Origin: an uncultured Myxococcales bacterium
GTDB lineage: Bacteria > Myxococcota_A > Polyangia > Haliangiales > Haliangiaceae
Assembly: GCA_938004865.1 (NCBI GenBank)
Contig: CALKVT010000150.1
Span: 1-50,686, forward strand
Direction: 5' to 3'
DNA length: 50,686 nucleotides
In this document: positions 22,994 to 33,111 of the stretch, one piece after another
Position numbering within the stretch: position 1 is the stretch's first letter
Layout: each line of letters opens with the position of its first letter
Notes under the pieces: model-generated
What the model was told of the DNA's origin: nothing
Database searches by the model: none
What the model saw: the letters and a program-made list of their open reading frames with translations, nothing else
Translations under genes and position numbers: made by a program

Positions 22994-25900
22994 ATGCACT
23001 GGCTCAGTCAGCTCACCGTTCGCCGGCCGGTCCTGTCGGCCGTGATCATGCTGACGATCGTCGTCGTCGGCATCGTCGGCTACCGCACGCTCGGCGTCGA
23101 CAAGTTTCCCAAGATCGACTTCCCGCTGGTCACGATCACCACGGTGTACCCGGGCGCCGCCCCGACGTCGGTCGAGTCCGACGTCACCGACAAGATCGAG
23201 GCGGCGGTCAACACCGTCGGCGGCATCGAGACCCTGTCGTCGGTGTCGACCGAGGGCGCGTCGCTGGTCATCGTGCAGTTCGCGCTGGAGAAGGACGCCA
23301 ACGTCGCGGCCCAGGAGGTGCGCGACCGCATCGCCACGATCCGCGACCTGCCGACCAGCGCGCAGACGCCGATCATCCAGCGCGCCGACCCCGACGCCGC
23401 GCCGGTGCTCATGCTCGCGGTCAAGGGCGACGCCAGCGTCCGCGAGCTCACCCGCGTGGCGGAGGACATCGTCAAGCGCCGGCTCGAGACCATCGACGGC
23501 GTCGGGCAGGTGCGGGTGATCGGTGGCCGCAAGCGCCGCATCGAGGTGTCGGTCGATCCGATCCGCCTGCAGGCGGCCGGCGTCTCGGCGCTCGAGATCT
23601 ACCGCGCGATCAACGTGTCCAACGTGAGCGTGCCGGGCGGTCGGCTCGAGCGCGGCCCCGACACCGCGACGATGCGCATCGAGGGCCGCGTGGGCTCGCC
23701 CGAGGAGATCGGCGAGATCGTCGTGCGCCAGAAAGGCAACCACCCGATCAAGGTGCGCGACGTCGCCACCGTGCTCGACACCGAGGTCGACGCCGAGTCG
23801 GCGACCGTGCGCGATGGCGTCGCGTCGGTCGGGCTCGCGATCCGCAAGCAGTCGGGCTCGAACACCGTCGAGGTCGTCGACCGCGCCAAGGCGGCGGTCG
23901 CGTCGATCGCCGGCGAGCTCCCCCAGGGCATCCAGCTCGACGTGGTGCGCGACAACTCGGAGGTCATCCGCACCTCGGCGTCGCAGGTGACCGAGCACCT
24001 GGTGCTCGGCGCGATCTTCGCGGCGCTGGTCGTGCTCCTGTTCCTCGGCTCGGTGCGCTCGACGATCATCGCCGCCATCGCGATCCCGATCTCGATCATC
24101 GGCACCTTCGCGCTGATGATGGTCGTCGGGTTCACGCTCAACATGATGACGCTGCTCGCGCTCGCGCTCGCGGTCGGCATCGTGATCGACGACGCGATCG
24201 TCGTGCTCGAGAACATCCACCGCCACATCGTCGAGAAGGGCGAGAAGCCGTTCCCCGCCGCGGTGAAGGCGACCAAGGAGATCAGCTCGGCCGTCATGGC
24301 CACCACGCTGTCCTTGCTCGCGGTGTTCCTCCCGGTGGCGTTCATGGGCGGCATCGTCGGCAGGTTCCTGCGCAGCTTCGGCCTCACGATGGCGTTCGCC
24401 ATCGCCGTGTCGATGCTGGTCTCGTTCGCGCTCACGCCGATGATGGCCGCACGCCTGTTGCCGATGCCGCCGCCGCCGGGCGAGGGCCACCGGAGGTCGT
24501 TCCTCGAGCGGGGCATCGATCGCCTGTACGGTCCGGTCGAGCGCGGCTACCACAAGGTGCTCCGGTTCCTCCTCCGTCGTCGCTGGATCGTCGTGGTCGC
24601 GTCGGTGGTGGTCCTCCTGTCGGTCGGCGTCCTGGGCCCGCGCGCCGGCTTCGGCTTCCTCCCCGAGAACGACGAGGCGCAGTTCGAGATCTACGTGGCG
24701 ACCAAGGAGGGCACGAGCCTCGACGCCACCACCGTGATCGCCGAGCGGATCGCGCGCAACACGCGCAAGATCCCGGAGGTCACGCACACGCTGGTCAACG
24801 TGGCCGACAACGACCAGAAGATCCAGAACGTGGCGAGCGTGTACGTGCGCCTCTCCGACCCGGGGAGCCGCACGCGCACGCAGAACGAGATCATGGACGA
24901 CGTGCGCAAGCACGTGCTCGTCGATCTGCCCGAGGGCACGCGCGTCGCCGCGCAGCTGGTCAACGACTTCTCGGTCGGCGCGCAGCAGAACGCGATGGTC
25001 ATGTACCTGCTCTCCGGGCCCGATCTCGACCGGCTCACGCTCTACGCCAACCGCATCGTCGAGCGGATGAAGCAGGTGCCGGGGGTCGTCGACCTCGACT
25101 CGAGCGTGCCCGAGCCGCTGCCCGAGCAGCGGCTCATGCCCGACCTCGATCGGGCCGCGGCGCTCGGCGTCGACCCGGCGGACATCACGTCGAGCCTGGC
25201 GCTCATGATGGGCGGCCTCGAGGGATCGACATACGAGGAGCGGGGCAGCCAGTACAGCGTGTTCCTGCGCGCCAACGAGCGCTTCCGCTGGGATCCGTCG
25301 CTGCTCGGCATCATCACCGTGCCGTCGCGCACGCTCGGCCAGGTGCCGCTGTCGGACGTGGTGACCGCGGAGGAGGGCACCGGCCCGTCGGTGGTGAACC
25401 GGACGTACCGCGCCAAGAGCATCGTCATCACCATGAACGTCGCCCCCGGCTTCAGCCAGGGCACGATCTCGGCGGAGCTCGAGAAGGCGATCGCGGAGCA
25501 GCAGCTGCCGCCCGGGTACCACGCGATCCCGTGGGGGCAGACGCGCGAGATGGGACGCACCGCCGCGGCGTTCGGCTTCGCGTTCCTCATGTCGTTCCTG
25601 TTCATGTACCTCGTGCTCGCGGCGCAGTTCGAGTCCTGGCTGCACCCGTTCACGATCATGCTGACCTTGCCGCTGACGTTGCCCTTCGCGCTCGTCTCGA
25701 TCATCGTCTCCGGAAACTCGCTCGACATCTTCTCGATGCTCGGGCTCCTCGTCCTGTTCGGCATGGTGAAGAAGAACGGCATCCTGCAGATCGATCACGC
25801 CAACCAGCTGCGGGCCAGGGGCATGGCCCGCGACGAGGCGGTCCTCCAGGCGGCCACCGACCGGCTCCGGCCGATCCTCATGACGACGTTCGCGTTCGTT

Positions 25901-26161
25901 GCCGGCATGATCCCGCTCATCACCAGCGACGGCATCGGTTCGGGCTTCTCGCGTGCGATCGCCGGCGTCGTCGTCGGCGGGCAGACGCTGTCGCTCGCCC
26001 TCACCCTGGTCGCCATCCCGGTCTTCTACTCGCTCTTCGACAGCCTGTCGTCGATCGTGATGCCGATCGTCCGCAGGGCGCTCGGGCGCTCGAAGCCGGT
26101 CGACCGCGGCGAGGCCGAGGTCGGCGCGCAGGGTCTCGAGCCGGGCCCGATCACCACCTGA
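22994..26161 (+). CDS. Efflux RND transporter permease subunit (AcrB/CzcA superfamily)
   Basis: 1055 aa. 12 TM with two large periplasmic loops. N-terminus FPKIDFPLVTITTVYPGAAPTSVESDVT matches the RND family. Confidence 0.9.
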   Translation: MHWLSQLTVRRPVLSAVIMLTIVVVGIVGYRTLGVDKFPKIDFPLVTITTVYPGAAPTSVESDVTDKIEAAVNTVGGIETLSSVSTEGASLVIVQFALEKDANVAAQEVRDRIATIRDLPTSAQTPIIQRADPDAAPVLMLAVKGDASVRELTRVAEDIVKRRLETIDGVGQVRVIGGRKRRIEVSVDPIRLQAAGVSALEIYRAINVSNVSVPGGRLERGPDTATMRIEGRVGSPEEIGEIVVRQKGNHPIKVRDVATVLDTEVDAESATVRDGVASVGLAIRKQSGSNTVEVVDRAKAAVASIAGELPQGIQLDVVRDNSEVIRTSASQVTEHLVLGAIFAALVVLLFLGSVRSTIIAAIAIPISIIGTFALMMVVGFTLNMMTLLALALAVGIVIDDAIVVLENIHRHIVEKGEKPFPAAVKATKEISSAVMATTLSLLAVFLPVAFMGGIVGRFLRSFGLTMAFAIAVSMLVSFALTPMMAARLLPMPPPPGEGHRRSFLERGIDRLYGPVERGYHKVLRFLLRRRWIVVVASVVVLLSVGVLGPRAGFGFLPENDEAQFEIYVATKEGTSLDATTVIAERIARNTRKIPEVTHTLVNVADNDQKIQNVASVYVRLSDPGSRTRTQNEIMDDVRKHVLVDLPEGTRVAAQLVNDFSVGAQQNAMVMYLLSGPDLDRLTLYANRIVERMKQVPGVVDLDSSVPEPLPEQRLMPDLDRAAALGVDPADITSSLALMMGGLEGSTYEERGSQYSVFLRANERFRWDPSLLGIITVPSRTLGQVPLSDVVTAEEGTGPSVVNRTYRAKSIVITMNVAPGFSQGTISAELEKAIAEQQLPPGYHAIPWGQTREMGRTAAAFGFAFLMSFLFMYLVLAAQFESWLHPFTIMLTLPLTLPFALVSIIVSGNSLDIFSMLGLLVLFGMVKKNGILQIDHANQLRARGMARDEAVLQAATDRLRPILMTTFAFVAGMIPLITSDGIGSGFSRAIAGVVVGGQTLSLALTLVAIPVFYSLFDSLSSIVMPIVRRALGRSKPVDRGEAEVGAQGLEPGPITT

Positions 26162-28682
26162 CGCCGAGGCCGAGCCCGGCGCCGACGAAGTCGTCGCCGG
26201 CGGTCGAGCCGCTGGCGCCGAGCGTCAGCTCGGGGAGGAACCGGCGCGAGACCGGGACGGAGAACCCGAGCTCGCTCTTCCAGGCCAGGCCGAGGTTGCC
26301 GTCGAGGTCGACGCCGCCGCCGGCGCCGAGGCGCAGGTCGATGTGGCGGAGGATCGCCAGCCGCGCGAGGGTCAGCATGAGCTGGACGAGGTTCGACTGC
26401 TCGCCGCGCGCGTCGAACCGCGTCTCGAGGCCGAGCGCGAGCAGGCGCGTCGGTCCCCGGCCGCTCCCGAAGCCGCGCTCGAGCCCGAGCCCGATCGAGG
26501 CGAAGTCGCCGTCGCGCGCTCCGACGCCGAGCCCGGCGGCGACGGAGAGGCGCGGCACGAAACGTCGGCGCGCCACGTAGGAGCCGGCGGCCGTGGCGGT
26601 CAGGTTCACGCCGTCGACGTAGTACGCGCTCTCGACGTCACTGGCCCCGGAGAACGAGACGCCGTAGGCGTCACCGCCCGCGCCGCCGGCGGCGTCGAGC
26701 GCGCTCTCGAAGATGCGGCCGGGGACCGGGATCGACGCGCTGTACTCGGCGGTGATGACGTTGCCGGCGGCGGGCGTGACGCCGGCGGGGAGCTCGACCG
26801 GCACCGCGACCGTGTGCGTCGGCATGCCCTCGGCGCGCGCGATCTCGTCGATGGCGACGAACGCCGTCCACGGCGACAGGAGCGCGTGCTCGAGCGCGAC
26901 GCTGGTGACGTCGTCGATGATCGCCTGGCGAACGGGGTGGGCCGCGGTGGCGAAGCGGTCGAGCTGCTCGCCCATGCGCTTGCGCGCCCACAGGCGGGCG
27001 AGCACCTCGCCGTCGCCGCCGCGCGCGGGCAGCTCGACGGGGATCGTGAGCTCGAGGAGCCGGCCGCCGGCCTTGCCGGTGACCTTGATCGTGCCGCGGC
27101 CGCCGCGGCCGTAGCGCGCCGCCACGACCAGCGGCTGGCCGGCGAACAGGTCAGCGAGGTCGGACGGCGTCGCGTCACGGACGTCGAGCCCGCCCCAGTC
27201 GACGCGGAGATCGTGGAGGAGTGGCGCGTCGAGGCGGGCGTAGAAGGTCTCGATCTGCGGCTCGGGCGCCTCGTCGAGCAGCAGGTACTGCGCTGCGCCC
27301 TTGCCGCTCCGGGCCAGCCCGTCGAGGAGGTGGCGGTTCACCGAGGAGCCGACCCCGAACGAGAACAGGTGCGTGCGCCGGTCGAGGTGCTTGGTCACGG
27401 CGGCGAAGATCTCGGCCTCGTTGCCGATGTAGCCATCGGTCATGAAGACGATGAAGCGCTCGCGGCCGTCGGACGGAGGGCTCGACAGCGCGGCGACGAT
27501 GCCGCCCATCATCTCGGTGCCGCCGCCGGCGCCGACGCCGTTGACGTACGAGAGCCCGGCGCGGACGTTGTCGCGCGACGCGGTCATGGCGCGACCCTCG
27601 GCGAAGCCGGCGACCGCCGTCGAGAAGTTCAGGATGCGGAAGGTGTCCTCGGGGCGCAGGTGATCGAGCGCGTAACGCATGCCGCGCTTGGCGAGCGCGA
27701 GCGGCTCGCCCGACATCGAGCCCGAGGTGTCGACGACGAAGACCAGCTCGCGCGGCGGCGCCTTGCCGGCGTCGACCGGCGGCGGCTGCACGACGAGGGC
27801 GAGGTGACCGTGGCCGGCCCCCTTGTGGGCGAGCGCGGCGAGCGTCGGTGAGGCGACGGTCACGCGCCAGCGCAGGACGAAGTCGCGGTCGGCGACCATG
27901 TCGCCGGCGGCGAGCCCCACCTGGTAGTGGTCCGCCGCGAGCTGCTTCGTGACGATGCGGTGCGTGGGGCTCTCGATCGCCGCGATCGGGAGACCCGCGT
28001 CGACGTCGAGGTCGAGGGTGACGGTGTTGCCGGTGAGGAGGCCCGGGGGCGCGGCCTCGGGCGAGATGCGCGATGCGTCGGGCACGCGGTGGGTGTCGGC
28101 CTGGACCCCGGTGCCGGTGCGCGTGTCGATCGGCGTGCCCGGGTTGTAGCGCGGGCCGACGACGGTGGGCAGCGCGAGCTCGTAGACGTCGCCGTCGGGG
28201 TCGAGCAGCACGTCGTAGACCAGGGCGACGTCGATCGACTCACCGGGCATCACGTTGGCGACCGACTGCGTGAAGATGTTGGGCCGCTCCTGTTCGAGCA
28301 GCGCCGCGGTCTTGCCCTCGCGGCGGGCGCCCTCGTAGGCGGCGCGGGCCTCGTCGCGCTGCTTGATCTGGGCGCGGATGATGCGCGACCCGACGCGCAT
28401 GGTCATGGCGCCGACCGCGCCGTCCTCGTGCAGCGGGAACACGTAGACCAGCTCGATCGGCCGGTCGGCCGGGTTGGAGAACGTCTGGGTGACCTGCACC
28501 TGCGCGATCGGGCCGCGCACGTCGACGTGCATCGCGCTCGAGACCAGCGGGAGCTCGGTGCGGGTCTCGCCGTCGACGGCGAGCAGCATCGGCCGGCGAT
28601 CGTCGTCGGCGGCGTGGGCGGTGGACAGACGCGTGGCGAGCGCCAGCGCCAGGGACAGGGCGAGCGCGAATGCGCGGGGCAT
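26151..28682 (-). CDS. VIT + von Willebrand factor A domain protein with C-terminal beta-rich (possible membrane-anchoring) domain
   Basis: Signal peptide MPRAFALALSLALALA with GGAGG RBS. VIT domain (VQVTQTFSNP...VYVFPL). vWA MIDAS motif DTSGSMSG...T...D. C-terminal Gly-rich beta region ending in aromatic W. Confidence 0.75.
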   Translation of the reverse strand: MPRAFALALSLALALATRLSTAHAADDDRRPMLLAVDGETRTELPLVSSAMHVDVRGPIAQVQVTQTFSNPADRPIELVYVFPLHEDGAVGAMTMRVGSRIIRAQIKQRDEARAAYEGARREGKTAALLEQERPNIFTQSVANVMPGESIDVALVYDVLLDPDGDVYELALPTVVGPRYNPGTPIDTRTGTGVQADTHRVPDASRISPEAAPPGLLTGNTVTLDLDVDAGLPIAAIESPTHRIVTKQLAADHYQVGLAAGDMVADRDFVLRWRVTVASPTLAALAHKGAGHGHLALVVQPPPVDAGKAPPRELVFVVDTSGSMSGEPLALAKRGMRYALDHLRPEDTFRILNFSTAVAGFAEGRAMTASRDNVRAGLSYVNGVGAGGGTEMMGGIVAALSSPPSDGRERFIVFMTDGYIGNEAEIFAAVTKHLDRRTHLFSFGVGSSVNRHLLDGLARSGKGAAQYLLLDEAPEPQIETFYARLDAPLLHDLRVDWGGLDVRDATPSDLADLFAGQPLVVAARYGRGGRGTIKVTGKAGGRLLELTIPVELPARGGDGEVLARLWARKRMGEQLDRFATAAHPVRQAIIDDVTSVALEHALLSPWTAFVAIDEIARAEGMPTHTVAVPVELPAGVTPAAGNVITAEYSASIPVPGRIFESALDAAGGAGGDAYGVSFSGASDVESAYYVDGVNLTATAAGSYVARRRFVPRLSVAAGLGVGARDGDFASIGLGLERGFGSGRGPTRLLALGLETRFDARGEQSNLVQLMLTLARLAILRHIDLRLGAGGGVDLDGNLGLAWKSELGFSVPVSRRFLPELTLGASGSTAGDDFVGAGLGLGVRW

Positions 28683-28790
28683 GGAAACCTCCTGCCGGGG
28701 ACAAACGGCGGGGCTTGGATCGCGGTCTCTGACAGGCGCTGGCACCTGCGCGGCCCGCGACACGTCGCGGGTCGCGGAACGATCGCCGAG

Positions 28791-29771
28791 TCAGCGCGGT
28801 TTCCAGGCGCTCTCGATCGCCAGCTCGAGCAGCTCGGACGGGCGGTCGGGATCGTCGGCGTCGACGGCGGCCAGCAGGGTTCCGGTCTCGTCGTTGACGA
28901 CGATCCCTTCGAGCTTCGCGACGAGCGGCGCGCCCCGTTCGTCCACCACGCGAGACCATTCGACCTGATGGCCGCTCAGCGAGCCTCCGACGAACCCCAC
29001 GACGCTGCCCGTGACCAGCCCGTCGTCGTAGGCGCTCGCGGTCCTCTCGGCGGCCGCCGCGAACACGAGGGTCCCCGACGCGAGCTCGAGATCGGTGAGG
29101 TGCAGCGGCGCGTCGTCGAGCTGGCCGAGCGCGAGCGGGTGCCACACGATCGGCGGCACCGGGGCGTGCGCGGGATCGTCGATCAGCCAGCGCAGCGCGC
29201 TCACCGGGACGCGGGCGATCGCGTCCCGGGTCGGGCGGCCGTCGTCGCCGACATCGCCGCCCCGGTTCCCGAGCACGACGGCGTCACCCCACACGGCGGC
29301 CGCCTCGAGGTTGAGCGCGCCGCGCCCGAGCACGGGCTGGCGCAGCGCCTCGTACAGGCGACCGAGCGGGACGACGCGCGGCGCGGCACGCTCGTTGTCG
29401 ATCACGACGAGCTGCTGGCGCACGGCGAGTCCGCTGTCCGATCCGAACGCGATGAGCCGTCCCCCGACGGAGATGATGCACTCGAGGTCGAGCTTGTCGG
29501 CCTTGTTGCCGCGCGCGGTGTCGAACTGGCGCCGCGCGCCAGGTGCATGGGGAAGCGTGATCGGCTGGGTGGCGCCGGTCACCGGGTCCACGAGCCCGAC
29601 GAAGCTCGCGTCGTCGGACACGACCGCGAGGTAGGGCCCGATCCAGCACAGGCCGCTCGCGGCGCGCACGTGGGCCGGACGGTCGAGCGCCGGCTCGGCG
29701 CCGCCGACGTAGTGCAGTGCGACGCGGCGCACGACGCGAGCGATCGAGCGCGGGTCCTCCACGGGGTGCAT
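28791..29771 (-). CDS. Hypothetical protein (beta-propeller-like, no confident family)
   Basis: 326-aa ORF with high GC3 and no internal stops in a GC-rich context. Divergent from the metalloprotease gene, with only 14 bp between the start codons. Confidence 0.45.
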   Translation of the reverse strand: MHPVEDPRSIARVVRRVALHYVGGAEPALDRPAHVRAASGLCWIGPYLAVVSDDASFVGLVDPVTGATQPITLPHAPGARRQFDTARGNKADKLDLECIISVGGRLIAFGSDSGLAVRQQLVVIDNERAAPRVVPLGRLYEALRQPVLGRGALNLEAAAVWGDAVVLGNRGGDVGDDGRPTRDAIARVPVSALRWLIDDPAHAPVPPIVWHPLALGQLDDAPLHLTDLELASGTLVFAAAAERTASAYDDGLVTGSVVGFVGGSLSGHQVEWSRVVDERGAPLVAKLEGIVVNDETGTLLAAVDADDPDRPSELLELAIESAWKPR

Positions 29772-29785
29772 GATACCTTCCCCGG

Positions 29786-31210
29786 ATGCTGTCGCGCCGT
29801 GTGGTCGCCGTCGCCGCCGCCTCGCTCCTCGGCGCCACGGTGGCGGACGTCGCGGCGCAGGTCTCGGTGCGAGCCGACGAGACGCTCGACTACGTCGTCG
29901 TCGAGCCGGCGCCGCCGACCTTCCACGCCGGGCCCGACTACCTCTACCTGAATCGCTGCGCCAGCGGGTGCACGGCGACGGCGGGCCGCGACGACGCCGT
30001 CGCCGATCGCTCGTCGATCCTCGGCCGCGACGGCGTACCGGCGAGCGTGAGCCTCGCGCCGTTCATGTGGGACCAGGCCACGTGGGATGGCGTGGTCTCG
30101 TGCGTGCGCGCGACCTACGCGATCTACGGGGTCGAGGTCGTGACCGAGCCGCCGTCGGGCGCGCACGTCGAGGTGATGGTCGCGGGCACCGCCGCGTCGC
30201 TGGGGCTGGCCGGCAACACGCTCGGCATCGCGCCGCTCGCCAACGACTGCTCGCCGTTGCCCAGCGCCGTCGCGTACGCGTTCGCGAACGCCCACCTCTC
30301 GGGGCCCGACCTCGTCAACGAGCTGTGCGCGACGGTGGCCCACGAGGCCGGCCACATCTACGGCCTCGATCACGAGTTCGAGTGCAAGGACCCGATGACG
30401 TACCTCACCGGGTGCGGCGTGAAGGTCTTCCTCAACCGCACGGTCGCGTGCGGCGAGTTCGACGCGCCGCGCTCCTGCAAGTGCAGCGAGCGGCAGTCGT
30501 CGCACCGCAAGCTCTACGACGTGCTCGGGCCCGGCACGCCACCCGCACCGCCGCCGATCACCGTGCGCAGCCCGATGCCCGGCGCCACCGTCAGTCCGAC
30601 GTTCTCGGTGTTCGTCGATGTCGGCGGACGTCCGGCGACGACGGTCGAGCTGTGGATCAACGGCGCGCAGATCGGCGCGGTGCCGGGCAAGCTCACCGAC
30701 TCGCCCTACGAGCTGGTGACCCCGGCCGCGCTCTTCGACGGCGTCCTCGACCTCGAGGTGCGCGTGTACGACGACCTCGGCACGCTCGGCACGTCCACGC
30801 TCACGGTGCAGAAGGGCGCGGCGTGCGCGAACGCCAGCAGCTGCCCGGCCGGCTACGCGTGCGACGCCGGGCGCTGTCTCGCGCCGGCCGGCACGACGCC
30901 GATCGGCGACCCGTGCACGCGGCAGGAGGAGTGCGCGACGCGCGAGTGCGTCTCGCGCGGTGGCGAGGCGGTCTGCACCCAGCCGTGCTGGCAGGGCACC
31001 GGCGGCTGTCCCGGCGGCATGGCGTGTAGCCAGGCCGACGACGAGCGCTTCGCCTGCTTCATCCCCGTGGACGAGGGCGGCTGCTGCAGCGCGAGCTCCG
31101 ACCCGCGGGCGCCGCTCGCGCTCGTCGGGCTGGTCGGGATGCTCCTCGTGCGCCGCCGTCGGCGCCGGAGTCAGCGCCGGAGTCAGCGATCGACGTCGTC
31201 GTACTCGTGA
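29786..31210 (+). CDS. Secreted zinc metalloprotease (metzincin-like HExxHxxGxxH) with C-terminal MYXO-CTERM-type sorting tail
   Basis: Signal peptide MLSRRVVAVAAASLLGATVA. HEAGHIYGLDHE zinc motif. Cys-rich C-terminal region. Terminal GGCCSASSDPRAPLALVGLVGMLLVRRRRRR (Cys motif + TM + Arg cluster) resembles the Myxococcales MYXO-CTERM protein-sorting signal. Confidence 0.7.
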   Translation: MLSRRVVAVAAASLLGATVADVAAQVSVRADETLDYVVVEPAPPTFHAGPDYLYLNRCASGCTATAGRDDAVADRSSILGRDGVPASVSLAPFMWDQATWDGVVSCVRATYAIYGVEVVTEPPSGAHVEVMVAGTAASLGLAGNTLGIAPLANDCSPLPSAVAYAFANAHLSGPDLVNELCATVAHEAGHIYGLDHEFECKDPMTYLTGCGVKVFLNRTVACGEFDAPRSCKCSERQSSHRKLYDVLGPGTPPAPPPITVRSPMPGATVSPTFSVFVDVGGRPATTVELWINGAQIGAVPGKLTDSPYELVTPAALFDGVLDLEVRVYDDLGTLGTSTLTVQKGAACANASSCPAGYACDAGRCLAPAGTTPIGDPCTRQEECATRECVSRGGEAVCTQPCWQGTGGCPGGMACSQADDERFACFIPVDEGGCCSASSDPRAPLALVGLVGMLLVRRRRRRSQRRSQRSTSSYS

Positions 31211-31388
31211 GGCGCGGAGACGCGTGGCAGCCCGGCGGCCGGCGTCCCGCGCGGCAGCCGCGACTCGACGAGGGCGGCGGGGGCGCTGGTCTCCGGCTCG
31301 ATCGGGATCGGCGCGCTCGAGTCGCGGCGGGCACGTCGCGGGTCGGCTCGTGGCTCGGGTGTCTGCGGCGCGGGCGGGGAGAGGGCGA

Positions 31389-32165
31389 TCATGGGATCTG
31401 CGCCACGCAGCATCCGTCAGTGCAGAACTGGCCGGCGGCGCAGTCGCCGTCGATCGAGCACTCGGACGCGCCCGTCGGACACTGCGTGGTGCACTCCGAG
31501 GACTGCTGGCAGGGCGGACAGTTGACCGGGTCGCCGCAGACGTTCTCGAACTGGCAGGTCGGGAGGATGAGGAACTGGTAGCAGCCATCCTGATCGGCGC
31601 AGGCGCCGGTCACGCCGCAGATCTTGCAACAGCCGAAGCAGTCGCAGCCCGGCGGGGCCGCCGGCGCGCACGTGTCCACGCACTGCTGCGTGACGTCGCA
31701 CGCACCCGAAGCGAGCTGCTGCTGGGTGCACGCAAGGGCGTGGCCCGGCGGGTAGAGGCAGCACGTGTGGTAACGGCAGCCGTCGTTGCCGTGGCCGCTG
31801 TTGCCGTCGAAGAAGCAATCCTGCCAGTTGGGATCGCGGTTGTCGCCCGGCAGCCCGGTGCCGAAGCTGCCCTCGTCGTTGTCGCAGGCGCTGGTGCACT
31901 CGACGTCGGCCAGATCGATCATCCCGTCCATGTCGTTGTCGATGCCGTCGGTGCACTGCGACGTGCCCGTGACGCACTCGCCCGGCGGCGTCGGGGCATC
32001 GACGCCGCCGTTGCCGCCGTCGCCGCCGCTGTTGCCGCCGTCGCCGTCGCTGTTGCCGCCGTCGCCGTCGTTGTTACCGCCATCGTCTCCACCGCACGCG
32101 GCGCCGCTCAGGAGGGCGACGACCAGGACGAGAGACAGCGCGAAGCCTTCACGGAGGCGTTGCAT
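31389..32165 (-). CDS. Cysteine-rich secreted lipoprotein with DGDGGNS tandem repeats
   Basis: Lipobox [13 protein letters not shown]. About 30 Cys. 21-bp DNA repeats encode DGDGGNS x3-4. Confidence 0.65.
   Translation of the reverse strand: MQRLREGFALSLVLVVALLSGAACGGDDGGNNDGDGGNSDGDGGNSGGDGGNGGVDAPTPPGECVTGTSQCTDGIDNDMDGMIDLADVECTSACDNDEGSFGTGLPGDNRDPNWQDCFFDGNSGHGNDGCRYHTCCLYPPGHALACTQQQLASGACDVTQQCVDTCAPAAPPGCDCFGCCKICGVTGACADQDGCYQFLILPTCQFENVCGDPVNCPPCQQSSECTTQCPTGASECSIDGDCAAGQFCTDGCCVAQIP
32011..32094. repeat. 21-bp tandem repeat (about 4 copies, last degenerate) encoding the DGDGGNS motif
   Basis: gttgccgccgtcgccg[c/t]cg[c/t]t repeated head-to-tail. Confidence 0.6.
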
Positions 32166-33111
32166 TCGTGGCTCCTTCGAGGCGAGTGATGAGGCGCGCG
32201 GCGTCACGGACGTTGGCGCCGGCGGGGAACCGCTTCGTGTACTGACGCGCGAGCGCGAGCGCGAGCGCGGGCTGGCCTTCCTGATCGGCGAGGCGCGCCG
32301 CCGCGTAGAGCGCGTTGGCCGCCCACGGGCCGGTGCCCCGGGCGATCTTGCGATACGCCGCGAGCGCGGCGACCGGATCCGCCGGTTCCAGCGACGCGGC
32401 CGCCTCGTACGCCGCCTTGGGATCGATCACCTGCCGAGGTCTCGGCTGGACCTCGGCGGGCTCGACGGCGGGCTCGACGGCGGGCTCGACGGCGGGCTCG
32501 ACGGCGGGCTCGACGGCGGCCGTGGCCCCATCGCGACTCGAACTCCACGAACTACCGGCGAGCAGCAGCTCGCGACGGCCGTGGGCCACGACCTCGACCT
32601 CACCGTGCGTGACCTCGACACGAGCGGCATCGCCGCTGCGCGTGACCGTGAACCTGGTGCCGACGACCCGGATGTCCGCGACGCCGGCGTGGACGACGAA
32701 CGGCGGGCGGCCCTTGCGTGGGGCCACCGCGAACGTGGCGCTGCCTTGCTCGAGCACGATGTCGACGCCGCGCGCCGGCGTGCCCGCGAGCACGACGGTC
32801 GACGCCGGCAGCACCGTGATCTCGGCGTCACCGAAGCTGAGCGTGGTCTCCGCCTCCGCGGTCGCGACCCGCGACGGCAGGTCGTGGGAGCGAGACGTGC
32901 CGTCCGGCCAGAGCAGGAGGAGCGCGGCCGCGGCGGCGAGCGCCAGCCCGGCGGCGACGCCGTAGCGCGCCCAGCGGCGCGTCGACGACGACGGCGGCGT
33001 GGCCGCGACCTCGGCTTCGGCTTCGTCGAGCGCAGCCCACAAGCGGCGCTCCACGCGCGCCCACGTGATATCCGGCAGCACCTCGACGGACGGTGGACCC
33101 AGGCGACTCAT
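32149..33111 (-). CDS. Anti-sigma factor (FecR-like, single TM) with (AVEP)5 repeat and TPR-like C-terminus
   Basis: ATGA overlap with the ECF sigma stop. N-terminal cytoplasmic anti-sigma region, TM segment [19 protein letters not shown], periplasmic FecR-like beta region, C-terminal TPR-like helices. Confidence 0.7.
   Translation of the reverse strand: MSRLGPPSVEVLPDITWARVERRLWAALDEAEAEVAATPPSSSTRRWARYGVAAGLALAAAAALLLLWPDGTSRSHDLPSRVATAEAETTLSFGDAEITVLPASTVVLAGTPARGVDIVLEQGSATFAVAPRKGRPPFVVHAGVADIRVVGTRFTVTRSGDAARVEVTHGEVEVVAHGRRELLLAGSSWSSSRDGATAAVEPAVEPAVEPAVEPAVEPAEVQPRPRQVIDPKAAYEAAASLEPADPVAALAAYRKIARGTGPWAANALYAAARLADQEGQPALALALARQYTKRFPAGANVRDAARLITRLEGATNATPP
32452..32513. repeat. 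12-bp tandem repeat x5 (cgggctcgacgg) encoding (AVEP)5 in the anti-sigma gene
   Basis: Perfect head-to-tail copies. Possible VNTR. Confidence 0.7.

Noticed and set aside
22736-25798. 1020-aa antisense ORF opposite the RND permease; similar antisense ORFs at 9193..10914, 10340..11968, 14664..15914, 27927..29951, 29579..31588, 35715..37391, 39888..41522, 44616..47243
   Set aside because: All lie opposite genes with strong domain evidence and translate to Arg/His/Asp/Gly-rich low-complexity sequence typical of shadow ORFs in ~70% GC DNA.
31183-31581. Small ORFs (31183..31413 minus, 31207..31581 plus) in the 178-bp convergent gap and its flanks
   Set aside because: Pro/Arg-rich low-complexity translations overlapping the Cys-rich lipoprotein gene on the other strand. 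No RBS or homology.
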